Below the pieces are notes generated by a model. That model saw nothing but the letters and a program-made list of their open reading frames with translations. It did no database searches and was not told the DNA's origin. A stretch of DNA of 63,772 bases, counting the filler, from Reticulomyxa filosa (taxonomy: Eukaryota > Protista > Foraminifera), in the NCBI GenBank assembly GCA_000512085.1. It is 20 parts of 20 records of this genome, joined end to end, with 100 filler letters (N's around TTAATTAATTAA, not from the genome) between each part and the next. Parts side by side here need not be neighbours in the genome. Positions count along the whole stretch, not along the records: positions 1 to 2,033 come from ASPP01035378.1; positions 2,134 to 7,299 come from ASPP01014302.1; positions 7,400 to 9,129 come from ASPP01024616.1; positions 9,230 to 12,108 come from ASPP01025923.1; 16 more parts are not named here. One strand, written 5' to 3'. The translations under genes were made by a program, and so were the position numbers. The stretch's first letter is position 1. Every line of letters starts with the position of its first letter. This document shows positions 1-11,255 of this stretch, one piece after another.

Positions 1-140
1 ATGATGATGATAATATGAATGGTCTGTCAAGCACTTATAAAAGTGATTAGAGACTCTTGCATTGAAAAAACGTTTACTATTTTCATCATTTGACAAAATA
101 GTTATTGTACAAATGGCCTCACCCATAGCAAATACGAACA

Positions 141-259
141 CAAACACAAAGAATTAAGGTTATCATACTATCGAAGCGCAAACGAAACTGGATCATACAA
201 AGACAAACGCAAACACAAAGAATTGAAGTCATCATAATCTCGAAGCGCAAATGAAACTG
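141..259 (+). repeat. Two-copy ~50-bp direct repeat, about 69-bp period
   Basis: caaacacaaagaatt...tcgaagcgcaaa(c/t)gaaactg occurs at ~141 and ~210. Confidence 0.85.
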
Positions 260-504
260 TCTTTGTTATTGTTTTTGTGTTGATGTTGTCACCTTTTTCT
301 GTACAATATATACATATATATATACTATACTTGTCAATATATCTGGTCTGATTTCATTAGCGCTTCGAGATTATGACATCTTCGGTTCTTTGTCTTTGTT
401 TGGCCCAGTGACATTAACATTGGTGACAAAGACGACGACAACAATGACAAAGGTAGTGACATTGACATTGGTGGCAAAGACAATGACAATACGAGCATGA
501 TGGA

Positions 505-627
505 GAATACAAAAACGAAGAAGGATATGAACACGAGGACGAATACAAAAATGAAGATAGATATGAACACGTTGACAAATACAAAAACGAAGAAGGATAT
601 GAGCAAGTGGATAAATACAAAAACGAA
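505..627 (+). repeat. 36-bp tandem repeat, about 3.5 copies
   Basis: (g/a)aatacaaaaacgaagaaggatatgaacacg.. units; one frame reads EYKNEEGYEHED/EYKNEDRYEHVD/KYKNEEGYEQVD. Confidence 0.85.
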
Positions 628-684
628 TAAAGAAGTCAGGTATGTATTGTAAAAAAAAGATTATATATTTAAGTGTTTTTGAGT

Positions 685-1165
685 GTTGAGTTATGCGTGA
701 TACTTGAGTTACTTGTGGCACTTGAGTTACTTGTGGCACTTGAGTTATGTGTGACACTTTAGTTACGCGTGACACTTGAGTTACTTGTGGCACTTGAGTT
801 ACTTGTTGCACTTGAATTATGTGTGACACTTTAGTTATGCGTGGCACTTGAGTTACTTGTGACACTTGAGTTACTTGTGGCACTTGAGTTATGTGTGACA
901 ATTTAGTTACGCGTGGAACTTGAGTTACTTGTGGCACTTTAGTTATGTGTGACATTTGAGTTGTGTGGACTTGAGTTATGTGTGACACTTGAGTTATATT
1001 TGACACTTGAGTTACGTGTAACAATTGAGTTACGTGTGGCACTTGAGTTATTTATGACACTTGAGTTACTCGTGACACTTGAGTTGTGTGGACTTGAGTT
1101 ATGTTTGGCACTTGAGTTATGTTTGGCACTTGAGTTGTGTGGCACTTATTAGAGTTATGTGTGAC
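685..1165. repeat. Minisatellite with an 18-bp unit built from 9-bp subunits
   Basis: About 26 degenerate copies of cacttgagtta(cttgtgg/tgtgtga). Confidence 0.95.
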
Positions 1166-1184
1166 GCGTGTAGTTTAATCTCAT

Positions 1185-1313
1185 AGGTCTTTTAGCTCTT
1201 TATGTCTTTCGGCTCATTGGTGTCTTTTTAGCTTATTTGTGTCTTTTCAGCTCATTACTGTCTTTCAGCTCATTGGTGTCTTTTCAGCTCATTTTGGTGT
1301 CTTTTTAGCTCAT
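1185..1313. repeat. ~19-bp tandem repeat
   Basis: 6-7 copies of gtcttttcagctcattggt variants. Confidence 0.85.
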
Positions 1314-2033
1314 ACTATTTTACACTTATTTATTTAATACATACTATGCATACATATGTTTGCGTAAAAATTATTATACTAAATACATACAGTGTGCGAA
1401 AAGGGATTATATCTTGCAATTCGATTGATTAAATTATACCAGTCATAATGTCCAAATCGTCTGCCATTCCGTTTACCAAAAAGAAAGGTTATCTTTATTG
1501 TTGCTTGACAGTATTGGCACACATAGTAATATACAAAACCAGATTAAATAAAGCAATACGTTGTACGTATAATGCACATACACCCCAATGCAACAAAAAA
1601 AGGAGGTATTAGGTTGACACTTTGGGACTGTTGTGTGGGATGAAAAGACTTGGAGGAACACGTGAACGACGAAGCTCCAGCGATGCTGACACTGGCGATA
1701 ATCCATAATAGCGGCGAGGTGTTGGCCAAAGGTAACGAGGGGAACAATGGATGTGACAATGGAAACAGGAGCGACACAGTGACGGGCACCGCAAGTGGGA
1801 GTGACACAGGCACAGGCATAGGCACGGGTAGTAGCAAGGGCAGTGGTCAGAACCATGAGAAAGTAAGTAAACATGATGACACGACAGCACACGATCCTAA
1901 ACTCACACAACCCAGTCTTGTCAATACGTCGGGCAGTGACCTCATCAAAGTCGAATATCCATCACTCTCCTTTGGGAGCAATGGCAGGTGTCAGTGACAG
2001 AAGACCTATCACCGTCGTGGAGCCTGTTGGCAT

Positions 2034-2133
2034 NNNNNNNNNNNNNNNNNNNNNNNNNNNNNNNNNNNNNNNNNNNNTTAATTAATTAANNNNNNNNNNN
2101 NNNNNNNNNNNNNNNNNNNNNNNNNNNNNNNNN
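2034..2133. other. Artificial contig-joining spacer (first of 19)
   Basis: Identical 44N-TTAATTAATTAA-44N blocks (stops in all six frames) start at 2034, 7300, 9130, 12109, 15294, 20626, 22672, 24602, 26680, 29900, 34981, 36726, 42143, 44333, 47508, 48744, 54000, 58135 and 59620. Confidence 0.99.
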
Positions 2134-2312
2134 CCCCTTTTTTTTTTTTTTTTTATTTATTTTTATTATTATTTCTCTTTTCGTTTAATGTATTTGTTTG
2201 AGGGGAGAATCACAAACACAAACGCACACATACGCGTGCATGCATGCATATTGATATCGATTTGATTATGACATTGTTGTTGGCTATTGTATAAACATCC
2301 GTCTTGTCTTAG

Positions 2313-5300
2313 CGAGAAACAATAATCGTGGACTTGGACAGCGACAGAGTACACATCCCCGAGTCAGTGAAGTTAATCGAATTGCCTGCCAACTTGGAAA
2401 AACAATTGAAAACGGAACTCATCACGGAGGCCCATGTCAATGTGGTGGAGAGATACAAACCATCCGTTTTGCAAAACCTGGATGCTGCTTTTACTGTGCA
2501 AGATATTATGGTACACTACTATCACCACATATGAAACAATCTTAACACTTGCACATTTTGTTTTTACACATCATTCACATATATGTATATATATGTACAT
2601 ATATGTGTATATGTGTATATATAAATGTATATATATGTATATGAATATTTATATTTATATTTATATTTACATTTGTATGTGCACATATATGTTTATGTTT
2701 TTTGTCTGGTGTGTGTATGAATACAAACAATTCCCAAAAAAAAAAAAAAAAAACAATGTTGTAAATGGGCTTGAATGTAACTAGAAAGACGACCAACAAG
2801 TGCAATTTAATGCGTTTGCCTGTCGTGTGTCATTTTGGAATTTTTTTGTGTGCGGCGTGGGCATAGATTATCGGAAACATTTGCTGCATCCCAGCAACAT
2901 TGCACAAGTGCAGGGCATTAACGACTTGATCCGAATTGACGACTTCTTAAAGTCGCGCGCAAAGGCACATCGCAAGTTTTGGCACGCATTTGTACAAACG
3001 CAGGCCTTTGAAAAGTTCATCGAAGATATTTTGTTCGAAAACTCTTTGCCCGATGCCCGCAAATATCAAATCCAATGGTTTCATAAGTTTTGTTTTGTTT
3101 TTTTTCCGATTCTATTCTTACTTACATACATATATATATGTACATATATATGTATATGTATATGTATATCCTCTTTTTTAAGTGTTTGTTATTACATAAC
3201 AAAATTAGATGTTACTATCACGTGACTAACAATGCACAAGCTGCAAACAATTCAGTTTTGTCAGACAAAATTTAAAAAAAAAATAATATATATATATATA
3301 TGTACATATATGTATATGTATATATATATGTGCACATATTAAACTTTTTTATGAAATGAAAAGAGCAAGGGTTTGTTTTGCAACGGCCCAAAAATACGGG
3401 ACTATAATGACAGACACAGAGAAGATCAAGTGTGACTGGCAGCGAGTTTCATCAATGGTGTGTGAAGCAGCAAATGCACATCTTCCCGAAGTACATGGTC
3501 CCTCCCGTCAACACACTGAATATTCCCAAAGATTTTAGTTTTGAGCCGTCGGGCGTGTTTCCAATGTTCAATCCTGATCTATTCATTGAGCCTGTCGTCA
3601 AAGATGAGAAGCAAAAGGCGCCTCGAAAGCAAACGAAAGAACAAATCGAAGTTTCTGAGGAGGTGTGTGTTTCATATGAACTGCTTTTTTTTTTTTTTTT
3701 TTTTTACCTGCATGCATGTATGTGTGTGTCCCCCCTTCTCAGACATATACATATACATATACACATATATGTATGTGTAATATGTAATATGATAAATAGC
3801 AAAACCGGCCCCAGAAAGCGTGCCACAAACATACAGCTCCAAGTTTAAGTCGACGGAAGAGCGAGTAAAATATGACTTGGTACAAATTTACGGATGTTGG
3901 TTCACAATCCGCGTGGCTTCGTTGGACTTTGCTTCGGAAGCAGACTTTACTCCAAAATTTGCAGAAAAAACGTCGAAGGCGATATTGAAACTATTATACG
4001 ACATGAACGACACCACAAACAGTTTCGATGTCCCATTAAAGCCGGACGAATTGATTTTCAAGTCTTGTCTCATCATGTGTGGCAAACTGAAACGTGTCAA
4101 TGTTAAGTGAAACAAAATTCGAAGAGAAAGAGGGATTGAGTCACTAAAAAAAAAAAAATCATAAAATAAATAAATAAATATTTATTTATTTATTTATTAT
4201 TGTAATCTATTATCAATTGCATTATTCATGTTGTGTGTTGGGCAACAGGAAGCCAAACAGTTATTCAAAGACTTGAAAGAGCAAGGCATTCAACCCTCTC
4301 CAGCGACATATGGCGCCTACACGAACGCAATGGCAAGCAGCGGAACAGCGAATATATTTTTGGAGTTGCCAAGTGGGTCTGGACGTGTGTATGGAGGAGC
4401 ATCGTCAGCCCGCACCTCCCTGCAGGTGCGCAACAGAGCCTTGACTCAGCCCACGAAGCACGAGAAGCAAGCCTCGCGTAGTCGCTCGTTGGTTTTGATC
4501 AACACCGACAACAAGCCGGTTATCACTCGAAGCTCGTTCACGACCATCAATGAAACACAAGAAATCACATTTTTGAATGGCTCCAAAAAAGTTGAGTTTT
4601 GCCTCCAAATTTTTTTTTTTTTTTTGTTTGTTCAAAAAAAAAAAAAAAAAACAAAATTACAATAAAAAAAGGTTTGTTTTGGTTTGTGATCTTTTTATTA
4701 TACACATATATGTACATATATATATATATATATGTATACGTATATATATATGTGTACATATACAGACAGAACCTGAAAAAGTATCACCCGCGCTGTTACC
4801 CATGCCCAAGGTGTCCAGTCGTGGGAAGATAAGCGAGGACGATGATGACGACATCAAAGAGGACAATGAACAGGATCCACAACTCCAGCTGCAGCTGACC
4901 AAACGAAGCGAGACGAACGACATAGTGGAAGTGGAAGAAGAAAAGACTCATGCCAACAAGTTGCCACGCATCGGCTCCGCGCCGAGGGTGTTTGCAAGAA
5001 AGAGTGACAAGTTGCGACTGTCCAAAACGCCCATCGAAGATGTGAAAGAGATGGACGAAACAAAGGAACAAATGGCAACGATCATCGATTACAACACGTT
5101 GCAAATGGACACGCGACAGCAATGCAAATGTGGGCATGTGATATCCGACGCAGAAGTGATGGCCAGTTGGCCTGAGGACTTTATCTCCACCAATATCGAA
5201 TGCAAGGTGTGCAAATTGAATTCGTTGATCCCCAAAATCCATATCAAATGCTTCGCCACTGAAATGGCCTTGCACAAGGCGTCCTATCAACAAAAAACTC

Positions 5301-5635
5301 TCGATTTTTATGTCACGTATCTGTCGCCGTCGTATTTACGGCGGTCCATTGAAACAATTACCACCAAATATCGTCAGTGCTTGGAGGATTGCGAAAGCTT
5401 TCGTAAACATCGTCCCGACGAATATTGGAATCTTTTGTGGTATTTTAGCCAACGCAATCTGGACATTACCTGGCTTTTGGAAAATTTTGAAACCAAACTC
5501 CGAATTGATCAGATACTCGATCCGCAATTTACGCAATTTCCAGAAAATAATGAAGTCTGTGCAACATTTTCTTTTATGCAAATATTTTAGGGGTGGGTGT
5601 TTGCTTGTATTCACTATTGTACTATTGTTTATTGC

Positions 5636-5668
<33 letters not shown>

Positions 5669-6152
5669 CGTTATTGAATGTAGGAACTTCAGAAACAAAT
5701 GGATGTTATAATCAAATATCTCAAAGCTAAGGAATTGAAACCTGCAGCTGTGCAGTGGCTGAAGAACAGAGAAAGCACACCGACAAAAGAAAGAGGCCAC
5801 TCCGTATGGAATGTTCCGCTTCATGATGCGTTCTACAATTTAGGCGCTCCTTTGTTATATACTAAATATGAAGATTACATCAACGAACTCAAAAAAGCCT
5901 GCACCAACATTCAATCAGTTGCGTTTTTGTTATTTGTTGTAGAAATTTTGTACGTCTCTTTTAGTATTGGCAATATACATGTACATATATATTATATGTG
6001 TATATTTTGTCTTTGTTGACAAGGTTATTGGAGACTGTCCCCCGGAAAAGGATGCCATTAAATATGAGATAATGTTTAAGCATATGCGGCTAAATTACCC
6101 AAGGCTACAACAGTACAGAAATCTCATCACTTCACAACCAGCCCCAAATTAG
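2313..6152 (+). CDS. DENND4: DENND4/CRAG-like Rab GEF (DENN/dDENN, PPR, Cys-containing C-terminal domain); multi-exon, 5' partial, exon boundaries approximate
   Basis: IIVDLDSDRV (DENN end); DDFLKSR..KFWHAFVQTQAFEKFIED (dDENN); KPDELIFKSCLIMCG and EAKQLFKDLKEQGIQPSPATYGAY (PPR); CKCG..DAEVMASW..CKVC..YLSPSYLRR..YWNLLWYF (DENND4-type C-terminus); microsatellite-filled introns. Confidence 0.8.
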
Positions 6153-7399
6153 TACGATAACCTTTGGCTTTTTCCCTTTCGGTTTTATTTTTTCGCTTTT
6201 TTTGTGTAAATTCGTCAGATAATGCTGTGAAAATCGCAATAGGCTTGTAGAAATGTGGTCTAAGTTTGGATGTTTAAAAAAACTTAAAACATAACAATCT
6301 GCGTTTTTTTACTTTTGTCATGAAACAGCAGTAAAAGCTGATGCAATCAAAAATTCGTGGCATCTACTCAATTCTTCAAATGCTTTTGAGAAGTATAATA
6401 AAATGTGATATTCTCTTTTCTTTATGGATAATATCTGACTTAAAATAACGAGAAGCGTAATAAGAAAGATGCTGAAAAAAAAAAGCATTGTTAAAACGTC
6501 CTGACAAAAAAAAAAGATATATATGCTTATCCAACCAATATCTCACAGGTCGACGACCCCTCTCAATTAGGAGGGCATTGCGGTTAGTGGATGAAGGCCA
6601 GCAATTAAACAATACTCTTAATTTTGTAACTACCCTTTTGATGTAGTTACAAACCCTATTATGGTCCTGGTCCCTTACCTTTACAAAATTTCATTTAGCA
6701 TACTTTTTTTTTAGAAAATTCTACATGAAGAGAATTTTTGCTTATATTTATGTATACGAGTAGTGATATTATGCCAAGAGATGTGTTATCTTTTTTGTGT
6801 CTATTTTGTGTGTAATTGCGTCAACAGATCTTTTTATCGTGAATGTTATTACAGATGCTTGGATATGATGGTTGTGATACGAAATTTTGCAGAAAATAGT
6901 TCCAAGTTCATTACAACGTCGATCCACAAAAACATTTTTTGGGCGAACACAAGATTGAGAGATTAGATATTTCCAACAAAAAGAAATTTTTTTGACACTA
7001 ATTTTTGAACAAAGTCCAAAATGAAGAAAAAAATAAAAGATCGGCCAGGCTTCTTGTTATTATGCTTTACAAACCATCTTCTAATAACTGACCTTGCGGC
7101 AGTTGCAACATATGTACTGCAAAAAGCATAAATCAAAAAGTTTTTTTATTAAAAAAAATTAGTTTTGAGTAATGCTTATCTTCTCATTTTTCTCTTTCCA
7201 CAAAACTGACAACCAATACTGTTTCTTTCACATGTTTAGTGTTTTCTTTAGAAGCACCATAACAAGTAACCTATTTACCACAAATGCCGATTTTTTTTTN
7301 NNNNNNNNNNNNNNNNNNNNNNNNNNNNNNNNNNNNNNNNNNNTTAATTAATTAANNNNNNNNNNNNNNNNNNNNNNNNNNNNNNNNNNNNNNNNNNNN

Positions 7400-8150
7400 T
7401 TCATTGAATACCTATGTACATTCCTTGTTCTTTCATATTTGCTATTTATTCCTCCAAATAAAAAAATAAAATCGTAAAGATATACCAAATGAATAAATAG
7501 TGAAATCATTCAAAATAAAACAAATTGGTAATTTTTCATACTGAAATATTCATATTTTATTAATAATCCTGTGTTTCGACAAAACAATATGAAATGATTC
7601 GTTACTGTTTTCATTATTCATTATAAATGACACAAAACAATGATATTTAATTCCAAATCTATGGTCTTCTTTTGGTATAATGTTATTTTTGATTTCGTTA
7701 TCTTCAAATCAATAACTTCAATGTTTTTTGGATAATGTGTAATGAACAATAAATCATTATTCAATCCATATATTCTTAGTAAATCATCTTCTAATTTTCC
7801 AATATTAGTGTCTTTATTATATCTTATCCAAGTGTTAAAAGATTGAGAAATATAATCATGTTCAGATTTGGAATCATGTTGATCATCACTTATTTCCCAT
7901 ACATTTTTATATTTTATTGAAAATATTTGTTTCATTTGACTTGGATATTGTCCTCCAAAGGATAATAAATCAATTTCATTGGAATTGGTTTGTGGATGAA
8001 GCAATTATATAACACAATGTCCATTCAATTGGATACAGTCATTAGTTTCATAGCCTCCACAAACAAGAAGTTCATCCTTGAATAAAATGCATTGTGAACT
8101 TGTGAATGGCTTATGTAATTCAGGTAAACTTTGAAAGATGTTGTTGATTT
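7400..8150 (-). pseudogene. Degenerate Kelch-like beta-propeller family gene
   Basis: FQSLPEL..SQCILFKDELLVCGG..GHCVI*..LLSFGGQ; stops and frameshifts; same family as 58235-58740. Confidence 0.7.
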
Positions 8151-8415
8151 GAATAGACATGTTAGATACTTTTTTTTTTTGAGACGACTAAAACACAAGA
8201 ACAAGAATGTTTTAAATATCAAATCTTGTTTCATTAGATGAATGATTTTCTATTACCAAAAAATGTTTATTTGCTTTTTTTTTTTTTTTGACTATTAAAC
8301 AAAAGAATAAGGCCAAATTATCAAAATCTCATGTTTAACAAGTATTTACTCAAAGGGTTTTTTTTGTAAAGATTAAAGTTCACATTTTGTTCAATCCCAA
8401 GCAGAAAATAAAAAA

Positions 8416-9129
8416 ATGTCACTCATAATAAGTGAAGAAGAAAAAATTCAAGTCATTGTACGACATTGGATTCGGGTATTGCAAATCAAGTTTGGATGGA
8501 TTCATGATTTTGACAAACTAGTTTTCAATTACGTTACGTTTTATTTTTTTTTTCTTTTATTTAATTCAAATAAAAATAAACATATTTTTTTTTTTTATAG
8601 GCAACCATTCATTTTATATTTGATACATTTCGCTCATCATCCAAATTAATCAACACATTCACTGCAGATACTAACTATGTGTATAGTATTGATCATTTAA
8701 TATTTAATAATTGTCAATTGATTTGTTCTGGATCCTTTGATGCTACAGTTCGTGTATGGGATATTTACAACAATAAACAAATTATGTCAATCAAAGGACA
8801 TTCAAGTCATGTATTTTGTGTGAAATTTTCATCATATTATTATCATAATCATCAAAATGTCATTTGTTCTTCATCAAATGACAAAACTATTCGTTTTTGG
8901 GATTTCAACAGTAATAAGCAATTAAAGATATTTAATGGACACAAAGAATATGTCAAGCAAATTGAATTCTCATCATTTAATGGTGGTAGATATTTGTGTT
9001 CTGGATCTGGTGACAAAACCATTCGTTTATGGGATGTTGAAACATCAAAATCATTACATGTTTTTAATGGACATAAAAAACCTGTTTGGTGTGTTGATAT
9101 TTCACCATTACAAAGCAGTAACAAAAATG
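8416..9129 (+). CDS. WD40-repeat protein of a lineage-expanded family, 3' partial, one intron (~8533-8600)
   Basis: GH..CSGSFDATVRVWD, SSSNDKTIRFWD, NGGRYLCSGSGDKTIRLWDVET repeats; N-terminal HWIRVLQIKFGWIHDFDKLV cap. Confidence 0.9.
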
Positions 9130-9229
9130 NNNNNNNNNNNNNNNNNNNNNNNNNNNNNNNNNNNNNNNNNNNNTTAATTAATTAANNNNNNNNNNNNNNN
9201 NNNNNNNNNNNNNNNNNNNNNNNNNNNNN

Positions 9230-9441
9230 GCTGAAGTTATGAGTTTCGAAAGAAGTCTATTATCCTTATCTATTGGATCGTTTTCATTACTATCCGCTTT
9301 ATCGCCAAGTGCATCCTCTCTAATCAACTCATCTTTAAGACTGCCAAGCCAGCTTCTGCTACATTCATAGTTATTTTCGGTAAAATAAAAGTACTTCCCA
9401 GCATTCCCTGAACTCGTTATGTTCCGTAATGTCGCAACCAT
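9230..9441 (-). CDS. MobF (TraI/TrwC-type) conjugative relaxase N-terminus, truncated by contig end (bacterial)
   Basis: MVATLRNITSSGNAGKYFYFTENNYE..SWLG..IDKD resembles the F TraI N-terminus (SAGSAGNYY..DNYY..W.G..VDKD); GGAG 5 nt upstream of the ATG. Confidence 0.6.
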
Positions 9442-9459
9442 TCCAACTCCATCTTAAAC

Positions 9460-9612
9460 TTAATGCACTGTCGTCCGGCCTTGCTTCTTGTATATTCCTT
9501 CAAGGAATCGCCTGACTTGAATATCATCAGGATCTAGCCTAAGTACCATTCAAAACTCTTCTTCTGCCAATGCTGGGTTCCCTTGTTCGTAATATTGCGT
9601 AGTTTTCTTCAT
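9460..9612 (-). pseudogene. TPR-motif gene remnant with an in-frame TGA (bacterial)
   Basis: MKKTTQYYEQGNPALAEEEF*MVLRLDPDDIQVRRFLEGIYKKQGR fits the TPR consensus; absent from the ORF track. Confidence 0.65.
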
Positions 9613-9621
9613 ATCACTTCT

Positions 9622-10524
9622 CTATACTTTTAATTTATTGAGTTCTTCTATAGATAGTCCGGTTATTTTAGAAATATCCTGAAGATCAAAACTCTTTTTT
9701 TCTAACATGCTTTTGGCTATTTGCCATCTTGCTTCTTTTAATCCTTCTTCCTTGCCTTCTTTTAATCCTTTAGCTTCGCCTTCTTTTAATCCTTCTTCTC
9801 TGGCATTTTGTAAATTATCTTGTAGCGTCATCTCCTCAGCCTCAGCTAGCAATCGTGCCCTTATGTAAGCATCGTACTCTCCTTCACTCCAGTTAAATCT
9901 CTCAAGCCTGTCATATGCCTTAAGCACAAATGGATCTTTTACGCTTACAGGTGGCTCTCCTGATCCTTGTGAATTAGCCAAAAAATATAACCAGTAATCT
10001 TCTATACTTTTAAGTTCATTCTCTTTCTTCTTAAATTTCTCAAGCTCTATAAATACATAAGATAACGCAAATAAATGTTGCTTGTTTGTCATTTCTTCTT
10101 TCGTCTTGTGATAACTGATATACCCCACATCAGAAGGAAGAATCTTCTCCTTGCTTATCGCTATAAGTATTACAGGTAATAATCCCTTATGCATTCCCCC
10201 TCTTGATAACTGTGATACGTAAGTATGAGATGCATAAAACTGCACTCTTTCCAAAAAGTGCAATTGCTTTCTGTTTTGCATCTCAATTACGAACCAGTTA
10301 CCTTCCTGATCCCTGCACTTCAAATCAAATATACTCCTTTTCCCCTGCCCTAAATCCGGGATTTCTTCTGTTGGAATAAATTCTATTTCCTCTATTATAC
10401 TTCCCCATGATTCTCCTAGGATACTATTTAAAAAGTCTTTCATGATTCCCTTATCTGAAAAAACCTTTTTAAATGCCAGGTCATTTGTTGCATCCAGATA
10501 TCTGCTCATCTCTTTCCTATTCAA
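9622..10524 (-). CDS. rpn: Rpn family PD-(D/E)XK nuclease / putative transposase (bacterial); likely start at MSRYLD (10509)
   Basis: YLDATNDLAFKKVF, SIFDLKC..FVIEMQ..FLERVQFY, YVFIELEKF, C-terminal EG-repeat plus IAKSML..ISKITGLS helix-turn-helix; intronless. Confidence 0.93.
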   Translation of the reverse strand: MNRKEMSRYLDATNDLAFKKVFSDKGIMKDFLNSILGESWGSIIEEIEFIPTEEIPDLGQGKRSIFDLKCRDQEGNWFVIEMQNRKQLHFLERVQFYASHTYVSQLSRGGMHKGLLPVILIAISKEKILPSDVGYISYHKTKEEMTNKQHLFALSYVFIELEKFKKKENELKSIEDYWLYFLANSQGSGEPPVSVKDPFVLKAYDRLERFNWSEGEYDAYIRARLLAEAEEMTLQDNLQNAREEGLKEGEAKGLKEGKEEGLKEARWQIAKSMLEKKSFDLQDISKITGLSIEELNKLKV

Positions 10525-10601
10525 TCTAATTTTATGTTTTTATATGTTAACATATCTGCCACAAATTAATAGCAGGTAATACGAACTACCAGCTCCACCG
10601 C

Positions 10602-10949
10602 CAGGGCAATCGGATGAACATAGGCTAAAAATTGCTTAGGATTTGAGCCATATAAAGATCGCTCCAACCAGAGGTAACCCGCTTAATAGCCAAGCTTTTC
10701 TTAGCTTGATCTTTCTTTAAAATATTTAAAGCTATTCGTCTGACTATAGCATAATTTTCAGCCCCATGGTTTTTTCTTAACCTTGATTGATCCTCATTAA
10801 AGGTAACGTCAAGAACCCAATGCAATGTATTCTCCACTTGCCAGTGAGACCGAATGGCGTTGCCTATTTGCTTAGCATCTGCTTTTAGAGAGCTGATATA
10901 ATAACGTACTTCTGTAGTAGATTTGTCTTTTATTCATCCGATTGCCCTG
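10602..10949 (-). mobile_element. Internally deleted ISAs1-family element (348 bp) with perfect 17-bp terminal inverted repeats
   Basis: CAGGGCAATCGGATGAA at 10602-10618 and its reverse complement at 10933-10949; interior encodes EVRYYISSL..IRSHWQVENTLHWVLDVTFNEDQSR, the ISAs1 transposase C-terminus (stop at 10625). Confidence 0.88.
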
Positions 10950-11255
10950 ATTGTAGAGTATTGATAAGTATTTTTTGCTTGCGTTAGTTTTAATTACTTA
11001 CTATATGTTTTAATTACTTCTATACAGCAAAATGATTTATAAGAGCTTGAAGTTTGACAAATAAGCTTATCAGGAAGGTATAAATAGGCTAGTTTGTAGA
11101 TAAATGAAGTTTTGTAACAAGCTATCTGCAATAGGCAAATCCGATTCATGCACCAAAGCCCTTGCGAACCACTATAGATGCCATGTTTGCAGCAGGAATG
11201 AAGGGATGAGAGCTTCATTATTTAGAAATTCTAATAACATTTATAATAAAAATTT

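Noticed and set aside
685-1313. CRISPR array
   Set aside because: Units are tandem and degenerate with no unique spacers, and no cas genes are present
2078-2089. Recurrent TTAATTAATTAA palindrome as a biological motif
   Set aside because: Always centred in a fixed N block; it is a concatenation linker. ORFs ending in XXX..LIN are artefacts.
2434-3275. ORFs rich in Y/I/M/C (e.g. 2434-2784, 2575-2805, 3090-3275)
   Set aside because: They are translations of (TA)/(CA) microsatellite introns
9460-9612. TGA read-through or genetic code 4 in the bacterial contig
   Set aside because: The Trp codons checked in rpn are TGG, and the TPR position suits Arg/Lys, so a nonsense mutation is the simpler explanation
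10994-11218. 74-aa ORF between the mini-IS and the ankyrin gene
   Set aside because: No recognisable motif or convincing ribosome-binding site; may be intergenic or a remnant
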